Positions 10,303 through 19,560 of a stretch of 47,757 bases of DNA are shown here, piece by piece. The notes beneath the pieces were generated by a model. That model had not been told where the DNA came from and searched no databases. It saw only the letters and a list, made by a program, of their open reading frames with translations. Origin of the DNA: Gemmatimonadota bacterium (GTDB lineage: Bacteria > Latescibacterota > UBA2968 > UBA8231); the NCBI GenBank assembly GCA_038153405.1, contig JAYOYH010000037.1:1-47757 (forward strand), in the 5' to 3' direction. The translations under genes and the position numbers were made by a program. The stretch's first letter is position 1. Every line of letters starts with the position of its first letter.

Positions 10303-11147
10303 CACAGCGAAAAGCGAGTCTGCGCATAGCGCATATGACCGATGTCCATATACAGCCGGAGCGCGGTGCCGAAGAGGGGCTGCTGCAGGCGCTCGGTCAC
10401 ATGCGGTCACAGGCGGTGCCGCCCGCGCTGTTGCTGACCGGCGGCGACGCGGTGATGAACGCCACGGACGAGTCGCCGGAGCGCATCGACGCGCTCTGGG
10501 CGCTGTGGCAGCGCGCTATGGAAGAGGTGGAGTTTGCCGAGGTGTTTCACTGCTTGGGCAATCACGACGTGCTGAGCTGGAACGCTGACGACGGCGTGGC
10601 GCGCGCATACAAGGAGCGCGCGCTGCGCGAGCTGGGCATGCCGGAGCGCTACTATAGTTTTGAGCGCGGCGGCTGGCACTTTATCGTGCTGGATAGCTGT
10701 CAGCCATTGGACGGTGGCTATACGGCGCACCTAGATCGGGTGCAGTGGGCATGGCTGTGTGAGGCGCTGGCACAAGCGGGCAGTGCGCCCGTATGCATCG
10801 TTTCGCACGTGCCGATGCTCAGCGTGACGGGTGCGATCTACGACAATGGGCGCATGCGGGATCACCACTGGCAAATTCCCGGCGACTGGATGCACACGGA
10901 TGCGTTTGCGTTGCAGGCGCTGTTTGCAGCACATCCCAACGTGCGGCTATGCCTGAGTGGACATATGCACCTGCGCGACCGCTGCGAGTATAACGGGGTT
11001 ACCTACATATGCAACGGCGCGCTGTGCGCGGGCTGGTGGGGCGGCGATTTGCAACAGTGCGACGAGGGGTATGGCGTCGTCGACCTCTACGCCGACGGCT
11101 CGTTTAATTACCAGTATGTGTCGTTTGGCTGGCAGGTGCGCGACTAG
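10299..11147 (+). CDS. Calcineurin-like metallophosphoesterase
   Basis: DVH, GGD, GNHD, SH and SGHMH motifs. TTG start overlaps the queG stop. Confidence 0.85.
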   Translation: MTQRKASLRIAHMTDVHIQPERGAEEGLLQALGHMRSQAVPPALLLTGGDAVMNATDESPERIDALWALWQRAMEEVEFAEVFHCLGNHDVLSWNADDGVARAYKERALRELGMPERYYSFERGGWHFIVLDSCQPLDGGYTAHLDRVQWAWLCEALAQAGSAPVCIVSHVPMLSVTGAIYDNGRMRDHHWQIPGDWMHTDAFALQALFAAHPNVRLCLSGHMHLRDRCEYNGVTYICNGALCAGWWGGDLQQCDEGYGVVDLYADGSFNYQYVSFGWQVRD

Positions 11148-11971
11148 TAGCGCAGATCGGCGACCCAGGCCTCGTCGGGATGCGTTTCCCAGTGTGCGCG
11201 CAGCGGCACTTCGTTGGCGAGAAATTGGCCGCGGTGGCGCACGCCGCCGTGCGAGATATTGAGACTGAAGGCGGGGCGGTCGTCGCCGGCCGTTACCCAA
11301 TGCGGCGTCAGCAACTGGTTCCACAGCACGTCGCCGTGGTGCATCTCGTAGGAAAGCAATTCGTCCGGGGCAACGGAGGGGATATCCGTGGTGCGCGGCG
11401 CGTTGCCCTTCTGCACGATGTGGGCGATCGGCGCGTGCTTCTCCGGATCGACAAAGCCGTTAAAAGTTTTGACGCCGTCCAGTTGCCAGGCCACCACGTG
11501 TGAATAGTCGGCGTGGAACGTCGAGGAGACGCCCGGCATCGAGATAAATATGTAGGGAGCGCAGCGCTGCCAGGTATAGCCGTGCTGTGATAGGAACGTG
11601 CGCCAGGGAATCATGATCTGGTCCTGTAGCGCGTGCAGAAATTGACCCGGTCCATAAAAGCGATTGAGCTCGAAGTTACTCAGGCCAAAACCGCCCCTTT
11701 CCAGCACTTCTTCAAGGGGAGCCGTGCGCGCCCAGTGCGTGAGTTCGCCTTCCTGGTCTTTGTCTTTCTGCTGCGGAGACCGCATCTTGGTCTCTTCATC
11801 GCGGCGCAGTATGTCGATGACTTCTTCTACCGGCGGCATGTGCATATCAAAGGGGAAGAGTTCGGGCGCGATGAGAAAGTTCTGCGTCTGCTGCAGGTGG
11901 GCGAGGAACTGCGCCGGCGTGCGGGCGACGCGGTGCTGCGTTTGCGGGACAACGGCTGCGGTAGTAGACAT
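11144..11971 (-). CDS. JmjC/cupin-like putative Fe(II)/2-oxoglutarate oxygenase
   Basis: FISMPGVSSTFHADYSH...QLDGVKTF...GDVLW...PHWV...FSLNI pattern (HxD...H). GGAG RBS. Confidence 0.6.
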   Translation of the reverse strand: MSTTAAVVPQTQHRVARTPAQFLAHLQQTQNFLIAPELFPFDMHMPPVEEVIDILRRDEETKMRSPQQKDKDQEGELTHWARTAPLEEVLERGGFGLSNFELNRFYGPGQFLHALQDQIMIPWRTFLSQHGYTWQRCAPYIFISMPGVSSTFHADYSHVVAWQLDGVKTFNGFVDPEKHAPIAHIVQKGNAPRTTDIPSVAPDELLSYEMHHGDVLWNQLLTPHWVTAGDDRPAFSLNISHGGVRHRGQFLANEVPLRAHWETHPDEAWVADLRY

Positions 11972-12233
11972 GACGGACTCCTATGCGTGCGGGCGATCAG
12001 CCCCAGCGACTGCTGTACACCGGTTGAACGTTTCTAATGTGTCCAATTGAGCGCGCGCGTGCAACGGGCTCGCGCCGATCGCGCCTGTGCTGGCCGCCTA
12101 TATGTCGCTGCGGAATAATAATATATATTTCTAGCGTTCGTTTTTTGTGCAGTCTGCCAAGTGCGTTTGCCCGGCGCTGATTAAAACAGCTCTCGTTGCG
12201 AGAGCGGACTCCGTCCATTGAAAGGCATGAACT

Positions 12234-15032
12234 ATGAGTGCTTTTGAAGCGTACATTGCCGAAATCGAAGACCGCAAAGGTCAGGGGTTACACCCCAAGC
12301 CGATTGACGACAGCCAATTACTCAGTGAAATCATTGCGGACATCAGGGATGTGGACAGTCCGCACCGTGCGGATTCGCTGAACTTCTTCATTTATAACGC
12401 GCTGCCCGGGACGACCAGTGCGGCTGGGGTTAAGGCGCAGTTTTTGCGAGAAATCATCCTCGGAGAAGTCCGAGTTGAAGAGATATCGCCGGCCTTCGCC
12501 TTTGAGCAGCTTTCGCACATGAAGGGCGGTCCATCGATTGGAGTGTTGCTCGATCTGGCGCTGGGTGATGACGCGGCTATTGCCAAAGAGGCCGCAGCCG
12601 TCCTGAAGAGCCAGGTTTTTCTCTATGATGCCGATACCTACCGGCTGGAGCAGGCCTTCAAAGGGGGCAACCCCATTGCCGAGGACATTCTCCAAAGCTA
12701 CGCGCGGGCCGAGTTCTTCACCCAACTGCCGGACGTGGAAGAAGAGATCCAGGTCGTCACATACGTGGCTGGCGTGGGGGATATCTCTACGGATTTGCTA
12801 TCTCCCGGCAACGAGGCCCACTCTCGTTCGGATCGCGAGTTGCACGGCAAGTGCATGATTTCTCTGCAAGCGCAGGCGGAGATAAGGAGCCTGCAGGCTG
12901 CTCACCCCGACAAGCGGGTGATGATGATCGCCGAGAAGGGCACCATGGGCGTGGGATCTTCGCGCATGTCGGGTGTTAACAACGTGGCGCTGTGGATTGG
13001 AAAGCCGGCCAGTCCCTACGTGCCGTTCGTCAATATTGCGCCCATCGTCGCGGGAACTAACGGCATCTCGCCGATTTTCCTGACGACGGTCGACGTCACG
13101 GGGGGTATCGGAATCGACCTGAAAAATTGGGTTAAGAAAGTGGATGGAGACGGCAATCCCGTGCTCGGCGAAGATGGCGAATCCATTCTCGAGGAAGCCT
13201 ACTCGGTGGCTACCGGCACGGTTCTGACCATCAACACGAGGGAGAAGAAACTCTACCACGGCGGCGGGGAGCCGATTGATATTGCGCGATCGTTCACGCC
13301 GCAGAAAATGGAGTTTATGAAGGCGGGCGGATCTTACGCCGTCGTATTTGGCAAGAAACTCCAGACCTTTGCGGCCAACGCGCTCGGGGTAGAGCCCACG
13401 CCTGTATTTGCGCCGGCAAAAGAGGTTTCGCACGAAGGACAGGGCCTTACGGCCGTGGAGAAAATATTCAACAAAAACGCCGTGGGATCGACTCCGGGCA
13501 AGATCCTGCACGCCGGTTCCGACGTGCGCGTAAAAGTTAATATCGTCGGCTCTCAGGATACGACCGGTCTGATGACTTCTCAGGAGCTGGAAGCGATGGC
13601 GGCTACGGTGATATCGCCCATAGTCGACGGCGCCTACCAGTCGGGCTGCCATACCGCTTCGGTGTGGGATGCAAAGGCGCAGGCGAACATTCCCAGGCTC
13701 ATGAAGTTCATGCACGACTTTGGGCTGATTACGGCGCGCGACCCGCAGGGCGAATATCACGCGATGACCGACGTGATTCACAAGGTGCTCAACGACATTA
13801 CAGTGGATGATTGGGCGATTATTATCGGGGGCGACTCGCATACGCGCATGTCCAAGGGCGTTGCCTTTGGCGCCGACTCGGGCACCGTCGCTCTCGCGCT
13901 GGCCACTGGCGAGGCGTCCATGCCCATTCCCGAATCGGTGAAAGTTACATTCAAGGGAACGATGCGCGACTTCATGGATTTTCGCGATGTGGTACACGCG
14001 ACGCAGTATCAGATGCTGCAGGCATTCGGCGGCGAAAATGTATTCCAAGGTCGAATTATCGAGGTCCACCTCGGCACCCTGCTCGCCGACCAGGCCTTTA
14101 CGTTCACCGACTGGACGGCCGAAATGAAAGCCAAGGCATCGATCTGCATATCTCAGGACGATACGCTAATCCAGTCTCTAGAGGTCGCCAAAAGCAGAAT
14201 TCAGATTATGATTGCCAAGGGCATGGACAACGAGAAAAGTGTCCTGCAGGGCCTTATCGACAAGGCGGACAAGCGCATCGCCGAGATCCGATCCGGAGAG
14301 AAGCCGGCGTTGGCGCCCGACGCCAACGCCAAGTACTTTGCCGAATTCGAGGTCGATTTAGACGTTGTCGCGCAGCCGATGATCGCCGACCCCGACGTGC
14401 ACAACGAAGACGTATCCAAGCGCTACACGCACGATACCATTCGCCCGCTGTCCTACTACGGCGGTCAGAAAAAAGTCGATCTCGGCTTCGTCGGCTCCTG
14501 CATGGTGCACAAGGGAGACCTAAAAATCGTGGCGCAGATGCTTCGCAATGTAGAGGCGCAAAAGGGCATCGTTGAGTTCAACGCCCCGTTAGTCGTGGCC
14601 GCTCCCACTTATAACATTATTGACGAACTCAAAGTCGAGGGCGATTGGGACGTGTTGCAGAGATATTCCGGCTTCGAATTCGACGATAACGCGCCCAAGG
14701 ACACGGCGCGGACGGAGTACGAGAATATGATGTATCTCGAGCGCCCCGGATGCAATCTGTGTATGGGGAACCAAGAAAAAGCGGCCAGAGGCGATACCGT
14801 TATGGCCACGTCTACCCGCCTGTTCCAAGGGCGCGTCGTCGCCGATTCGGAGCGCAAGAAAGGGGAGTCGCTGCTGGCGTCTACGCCGGTCGTGGTGCTC
14901 TCGGCCATTCTCGGTCGAACGCCCACGGTAGAAGAATACGAAGCGGCGGTAGTTGGAATTGAGCTGACGCGATTTGCGCCGCCTAGTCGCCATTTGAGCA
15001 CGCCGTCGCCGGACCACCTGCTCGTCTATTAA
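12234..15032 (+). CDS. acnB: Bifunctional aconitate hydratase 2 / 2-methylisocitrate dehydratase
   Basis: TDLLSP, GVGSSR, GSQDTTG, GGDSHTR, GSCM, PGCNLCMGNQ and TSTRLF motifs. Confidence 0.93.
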   Translation: MSAFEAYIAEIEDRKGQGLHPKPIDDSQLLSEIIADIRDVDSPHRADSLNFFIYNALPGTTSAAGVKAQFLREIILGEVRVEEISPAFAFEQLSHMKGGPSIGVLLDLALGDDAAIAKEAAAVLKSQVFLYDADTYRLEQAFKGGNPIAEDILQSYARAEFFTQLPDVEEEIQVVTYVAGVGDISTDLLSPGNEAHSRSDRELHGKCMISLQAQAEIRSLQAAHPDKRVMMIAEKGTMGVGSSRMSGVNNVALWIGKPASPYVPFVNIAPIVAGTNGISPIFLTTVDVTGGIGIDLKNWVKKVDGDGNPVLGEDGESILEEAYSVATGTVLTINTREKKLYHGGGEPIDIARSFTPQKMEFMKAGGSYAVVFGKKLQTFAANALGVEPTPVFAPAKEVSHEGQGLTAVEKIFNKNAVGSTPGKILHAGSDVRVKVNIVGSQDTTGLMTSQELEAMAATVISPIVDGAYQSGCHTASVWDAKAQANIPRLMKFMHDFGLITARDPQGEYHAMTDVIHKVLNDITVDDWAIIIGGDSHTRMSKGVAFGADSGTVALALATGEASMPIPESVKVTFKGTMRDFMDFRDVVHATQYQMLQAFGGENVFQGRIIEVHLGTLLADQAFTFTDWTAEMKAKASICISQDDTLIQSLEVAKSRIQIMIAKGMDNEKSVLQGLIDKADKRIAEIRSGEKPALAPDANAKYFAEFEVDLDVVAQPMIADPDVHNEDVSKRYTHDTIRPLSYYGGQKKVDLGFVGSCMVHKGDLKIVAQMLRNVEAQKGIVEFNAPLVVAAPTYNIIDELKVEGDWDVLQRYSGFEFDDNAPKDTARTEYENMMYLERPGCNLCMGNQEKAARGDTVMATSTRLFQGRVVADSERKKGESLLASTPVVVLSAILGRTPTVEEYEAAVVGIELTRFAPPSRHLSTPSPDHLLVY

Positions 15033-15094
15033 GGCGCTGGTGGCTGCTGCTGCGCGCGGCGCTGTGCACAATAGCTGGGCAGACGGCTTTAGCG

Positions 15095-15135
15095 GGGGCG
15101 CTGGACGAGGAAATGCCCAGCGCCCCTCGTTTTTT
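15095..15135 (+). terminator. Intrinsic terminator after acnB
   Basis: Stem ggggcgctgg/ccagcgcccc followed by tcg and a T-tract. Confidence 0.7.
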
Positions 15136-15157
15136 CAACGCATTCGGTGATCGACCT

Positions 15158-16003
15158 ATGACGCGCTTTATCTATCTTTCCGATACGCACTGGGGCGTAG
15201 ACGCGCCGGGCTACACGATGCAGACCGCGCAGCCCAATGAACTGTCGCAACTGCTGGGCGCCCTAGAAGCGTGGATAGAGTCGCACGCGCCGATCGATTT
15301 CGTTCTGCACGGCGGCGATATGATCGATAGCACTAGCGCGGAAAACATCGGACGCGTCGCCGAGCTTTTTCGGCTGTCGGTGCCGGTTTATCTGTGTCTG
15401 GGCAATCACGACCTAACGCGTGCAGATGCGGTTGATATGTGGCTCGACCTAGCGCCCCATTTTTTCATCGGCGGTCCAGACTTTGCGCTGGAAACTCCCG
15501 ACTGCCTGCTACACGTGGTGCCCAATCAGTGGGGGGCAGAGCCCTACTTTTGGAACGGCGTGCAGGAACCCCACTTTTTGCCCGACCAAGAGCAATCGCT
15601 GGCTGCGGGCTTGGGGCGCGACCGCGACAAAGTGCACGTCTTGTCTACCCATAGCCCATTTTTCGGCGTGCCGCCCGAGCAGACGGGCTTTGACGCGCCC
15701 TTTCACCAGCCGCCGCAGAGTTTTGTCGATTGCGGACAGGCTCTGTTTGCTGCGCACGCTCATCTGCGCTGTGTGCTCGGCGCCCACAGCCATATCAATA
15801 CCTGCGTTGCACGCGGCGATCAATACTTGGTCACGAGCAGCAGCTTTGTCGAAACGCCCTTTGATTTTAAGTGCATTCACATCGCCGATGGCCACCTTTC
15901 GATGGCCACGCACAGCCTGGCAGGCCGCATTGATCTTCCTGCGTCCTACGACTATGAAAAAACATTCGTACAGGGAAGGGCATGCGATCGGTTAATCGTT
16001 TGA
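15158..16003 (+). CDS. Metallophosphoesterase
   Basis: LSDTH, HGGD, LGNHD, THSP and AHSH motifs. Confidence 0.8.
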   Translation: MTRFIYLSDTHWGVDAPGYTMQTAQPNELSQLLGALEAWIESHAPIDFVLHGGDMIDSTSAENIGRVAELFRLSVPVYLCLGNHDLTRADAVDMWLDLAPHFFIGGPDFALETPDCLLHVVPNQWGAEPYFWNGVQEPHFLPDQEQSLAAGLGRDRDKVHVLSTHSPFFGVPPEQTGFDAPFHQPPQSFVDCGQALFAAHAHLRCVLGAHSHINTCVARGDQYLVTSSSFVETPFDFKCIHIADGHLSMATHSLAGRIDLPASYDYEKTFVQGRACDRLIV

Positions 16004-16024
16004 AACGTGCGGACAGCGCTAGCG

Positions 16025-17257
16025 TTAGGTGCGTTTGTCGGCGATGATGACGGAGATCGTTTTCCACTCGAGGTGGCGACATATCTCAAATTGCAGATGG
16101 CCAGCGATGATTTGGTAGCGACCTTCCGAGTCGGGCTGCATCACCACGATAGGTTGACGCAGCCAGGAGGGCGACGCACTTTTGGCCGCCTCGGCAATGT
16201 CTTCCTCATCGCCTGGTTGCAACGTTGAGTGGATGGTGCTCAACGCAATCTCGCGCACGTCCTCCCGCGGTAGGGGAATGGCGTTATTGGCCGGTCTTGG
16301 AAGCGATTCATCGTCTTTGCGTCCAGCACCGGTGCGGTAGGAATAGATGTAGGGTATGGCTAAGTCGACAGAGCGATTTTCCTGCACCCCCTCAAAGATC
16401 ATCTTGGTGATGCGATAAGAAATCTCGGCGCGATCGTTTACGCGGGTCTGGTAGCGCAGGCGCAAGTAGACGCCGTAGTCGTAGAGATCCGAGCGAATAT
16501 AAGGCTGCACGCCCGTCGACTGAATGATGTCTTCCGTCACGTTAGTGGCCGCGCGTAGCATGATGTGCTCGGCCTGTTCCCAATTCGAATCGTAGGTGAT
16601 GCGCACAATCACCTCGTCGAGCATGTAGGGGCTCTCTTGCATGACGGTGTAATTGATGACTACCTGGCTGAATAGCATGGCATTGGGCACCAAAATGTAG
16701 CGCCCAACCGCTTCCTCGCTGCCGATCGTACCGCCGACCTGATTGAGGTAGGTGTACATCGGTCCCGTTTCCTTGACATCGCCGGTCAGGCCCAAACTGG
16801 GAAATTGCACGCGATCACCGGGGCGAAAAGGGCGCTTGAGTGAAACGAGGATCCACGCGGCAAAGCCGCTGACAGGTGCCTGCAGCGACCAGCCCAGTAG
16901 CATGCCGCCAAAGAGCGAAAAAAAGGTGCCAAACGTAGCTAGAGAGCCCATGCCATAGGCGATGCCCATCGCCACCGATAGCACGGCGAGCAGGCGGTAA
17001 ATACGCCCAATCATGGCGCCTTCGACAGGAGGGCGTTTCTTGTGTGCAAGAAATAGGTGGGTGAGAAACGTGACGGCTTCACCCGCGACTAGTAAACCCG
17101 CTAAAAGTGCGATCAGTGCCTGCAGAGAGTGACCGGAGGGCAGGACGTAAACGGGCTCAAAGATGCGGTCGGTTAGGTAGGCGATAGCGGCTATGGCTAG
17201 CCACATACCCAAGGACAGCGCGGCGTTGAGCTTGTATTTGGGGTTGCCAGTTGGCAT
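16025..17257 (-). CDS. MscS-family mechanosensitive channel with a C-terminal ParB/Srx-like domain
   Basis: TM helices, then GWSLQAPV, RPFRPGDRV, GDVKE, VPNAMLFSQVVINYT and the MscS C-terminal domain. The last ~79 aa contain LRQPIVV...GRYQIIAG...LEWKTISVII. Start uncertain. Confidence 0.8.
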   Translation of the reverse strand: MPTGNPKYKLNAALSLGMWLAIAAIAYLTDRIFEPVYVLPSGHSLQALIALLAGLLVAGEAVTFLTHLFLAHKKRPPVEGAMIGRIYRLLAVLSVAMGIAYGMGSLATFGTFFSLFGGMLLGWSLQAPVSGFAAWILVSLKRPFRPGDRVQFPSLGLTGDVKETGPMYTYLNQVGGTIGSEEAVGRYILVPNAMLFSQVVINYTVMQESPYMLDEVIVRITYDSNWEQAEHIMLRAATNVTEDIIQSTGVQPYIRSDLYDYGVYLRLRYQTRVNDRAEISYRITKMIFEGVQENRSVDLAIPYIYSYRTGAGRKDDESLPRPANNAIPLPREDVREIALSTIHSTLQPGDEEDIAEAAKSASPSWLRQPIVVMQPDSEGRYQIIAGHLQFEICRHLEWKTISVIIADKRT

Positions 17258-17445
17258 TGGTCTGCAAACGGAATGCGCCGGGCGGCATGCGCGGCGCGAG
17301 GGAAACAAAAATAAGGGCGTGCAGTGCTTTGTGGAAGTGGGATAGAAAGAAAAAGATGACGCGGGGGATCAGAAAGTGTTTCGGTTCGGTGCCCATGCCT
17401 GTTTTTTTACATGGTTGGCAACGTGAGCACAAGGCAAAAAATGGA

Positions 17446-17474
17446 TCGACAGTACGCCATTTGATCAGTATACT
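17446..17474 (+). promoter_or_regulatory. Sigma70-type promoter for potABCD
   Basis: TCGACA-17 nt-TATACT. Confidence 0.55.
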
Positions 17475-17615
17475 ATTCCGTCACCAATCGGTCATCACCC
17501 CTTCGCCTCCGACTGAGTTTTATGCGTTTTTTGTGAGGCCTTCGCCGAATAAGACCATTGCAGAGAGTACGATCTCTTTGTCGTCGGCGCGCTGCTAGCG
17601 AGCTGTAGAAGCGGG

Positions 17616-18710
17616 ATGAGCGCGCCTCCCATCATTGAGCTGAAAGGCGTCGTCAAACGCTACGGAAACAAGGTCGTGCTGCCAGGCATCGACCTGAGCG
17701 TTGAAGACGGTGAATTTCTCACCCTGCTGGGCCCCTCTGGCTGTGGCAAGACGACTATCCTGCGCCTGCTGGCCGGCTTTGAGGCGGCGCAAGAGGGCGA
17801 GGTTCATATCGACGGCCAGCGCGTGGATGACTTACCGGCCAATAAGCGCCCGGTCAACACTGTTTTCCAGCACTATGCCCTATTCCCCCACATGCGCGTT
17901 TTCGATAATGTCGCCTTTGGCCTGCAGGTAAAGGGCATCGGGCGCGACGAAGTTGAGCGGCGCGTGCGCGATGCTCTGGAGATGGTGCGGCTGGGCGAAT
18001 ATGCCCAGCGCAAACCGCACCAGCTGTCCGGTGGACAGCAGCAGCGCGTGGCGCTGGCGCGCGCCGTGGTAAATCGACCGCGTCTGCTCTTGCTCGACGA
18101 GTGTCTCAACGCGCTCGATTACAAGCTGCGCCAAGAGATGCGGATTGAATTAAAACAGCTTCAGCGCCGCTTGGGCATCACCTTTCTCTTCGTTACGCAC
18201 GACCAAGAAGAGGCGCTGTCGATGTCCGACCGCATCGCCGTCATGCGCGAGGGGCGCATTGAGCAACTGGGCACGCCGCGCGCGCTCTACGAGAAACCGG
18301 TTAACCTCTTTGTCGCTGGCTTTGTCGGCGAAGTCAATATCTTTGCTGCGCGGGTCGTGGCCGCTACGGCCGACGGCGGCTGGGAAGCGGAGATCGCCGG
18401 CGTGCGCTGTCGAATTGAGGGCGATGGGCTACGCGCGGGGCATCAGGTGCAGGTGCTGCTGCGTCCGGAAGACATGCGTTTGGAAGACTTGCCCACCGGT
18501 GCGCCGGCAGCGGGGCACTTGGTCGGCCATATCGTCGAGCGCATTTACAAGGGGCGCACTCTGGACTCCATCGTAGAACTTGAGGGTGGACAGCGCGTGG
18601 CGGCCAGTGAGTTTTTTGACGAAGAAAGTCCCGATTTCGATTATGCGCCGGGCAGTCGCGTGAGCGTGGGGTGGGTACCTGGCTGGGAGATCGTGCTGGC
18701 CGATGCGTAA
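17616..18710 (+). CDS. potA: Spermidine/putrescine ABC transporter ATP-binding protein
   Basis: GPSGCGKT, VNTVFQHYALFPH, LSGGQQQRVALAR, LLLLDE..ALDYKLR and SEFFDEESPDFD, the last typical of PotA. Confidence 0.92.
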   Translation: MSAPPIIELKGVVKRYGNKVVLPGIDLSVEDGEFLTLLGPSGCGKTTILRLLAGFEAAQEGEVHIDGQRVDDLPANKRPVNTVFQHYALFPHMRVFDNVAFGLQVKGIGRDEVERRVRDALEMVRLGEYAQRKPHQLSGGQQQRVALARAVVNRPRLLLLDECLNALDYKLRQEMRIELKQLQRRLGITFLFVTHDQEEALSMSDRIAVMREGRIEQLGTPRALYEKPVNLFVAGFVGEVNIFAARVVAATADGGWEAEIAGVRCRIEGDGLRAGHQVQVLLRPEDMRLEDLPTGAPAAGHLVGHIVERIYKGRTLDSIVELEGGQRVAASEFFDEESPDFDYAPGSRVSVGWVPGWEIVLADA

Positions 18711-19560
18711 TGTCTTTTCCTTTCGCAATCTCGCCCTGACGCTGCTGGGCGGCTGGCTGGCACTCTTTGCGCTGTTGCCCAACGCATTGGTGTTGTTGAC
18801 GAGTTTTCTCCGCCGCGACGAGCGCGATTTTGTCGCCTTTGAATGGACGTTGGAGAGCTACCGCCTGCTCATTGACCCCGTCTATGTGCAGGTCTTTGTC
18901 CACTCGACGCTGCTGGCGGTAGCGGCAACGGTCGGCTGCCTGTTGATCGGCTACCCCTTCGCCTTTATACTGGCGCGTCAGACGCCGAGTCGGCGGCGCA
19001 TGTTGCTGCTGCTGATCATGGTTCCGTTCTGGACCAACTCGCTGGTGCGCAGTTACGCCATGCGCACGCTGCTGGCAGCCAAGGGCGTGATCAACGAGGT
19101 ATTGCTTTGGCTCGGACTAATCGACAAGCCGCTGCGCATGCTCTACAACGATGGAGCCGTAGTCGTCGGATTGGTCTACGTGCTGCTGCCCTTTATGGTG
19201 CTGCCGCTCTACGCCGTGATGGAAAAACTAGACGGGCGGCTGCTGGAAGCAGCCGTCGACCTGGGGGCTAGCCGCCTGCAAACCTTTCGTCGCGTCGTGC
19301 TGCCGCTCACGCTGCCGGGCATGGTCGCCGGCGCACTGCTGGTCTTTCTGCCGGGGCTGAGCATGTTTTACGTAGCCGATCTACTGGGCGGCGCCAAGAG
19401 CATGCTAGTGGGCAATTTCATCAAGAATCAGTTTCTTTCGGCGCGCAACTGGCCCTTTGGCTCGGCTGCTTCCGCCGTCTTTATGGGCTTGATGGGTTTG
19501 CTACTGGTCGCCCAGTGGAGCAGTCGACGCTGGCTGGGGCAAGAGAGCAACGAACTATGA
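18703..19560 (+). CDS. potB: Spermidine/putrescine ABC permease
   Basis: PFWTNSLVR, LPFMVLPLY, EAAVDLGA and NWPFGSA. Confidence 0.9.
   Translation: MRNVFSFRNLALTLLGGWLALFALLPNALVLLTSFLRRDERDFVAFEWTLESYRLLIDPVYVQVFVHSTLLAVAATVGCLLIGYPFAFILARQTPSRRRMLLLLIMVPFWTNSLVRSYAMRTLLAAKGVINEVLLWLGLIDKPLRMLYNDGAVVVGLVYVLLPFMVLPLYAVMEKLDGRLLEAAVDLGASRLQTFRRVVLPLTLPGMVAGALLVFLPGLSMFYVADLLGGAKSMLVGNFIKNQFLSARNWPFGSAASAVFMGLMGLLLVAQWSSRRWLGQESNEL

Noticed and set aside
12798..14069. 423-aa antisense ORF inside acnB, and similar shadow ORFs such as 23201-24079, 6598-7368 and 4241-4954
   Set aside because: They lie antisense to well-supported genes, have no recognisable motifs, and are expected from high-GC codon bias.
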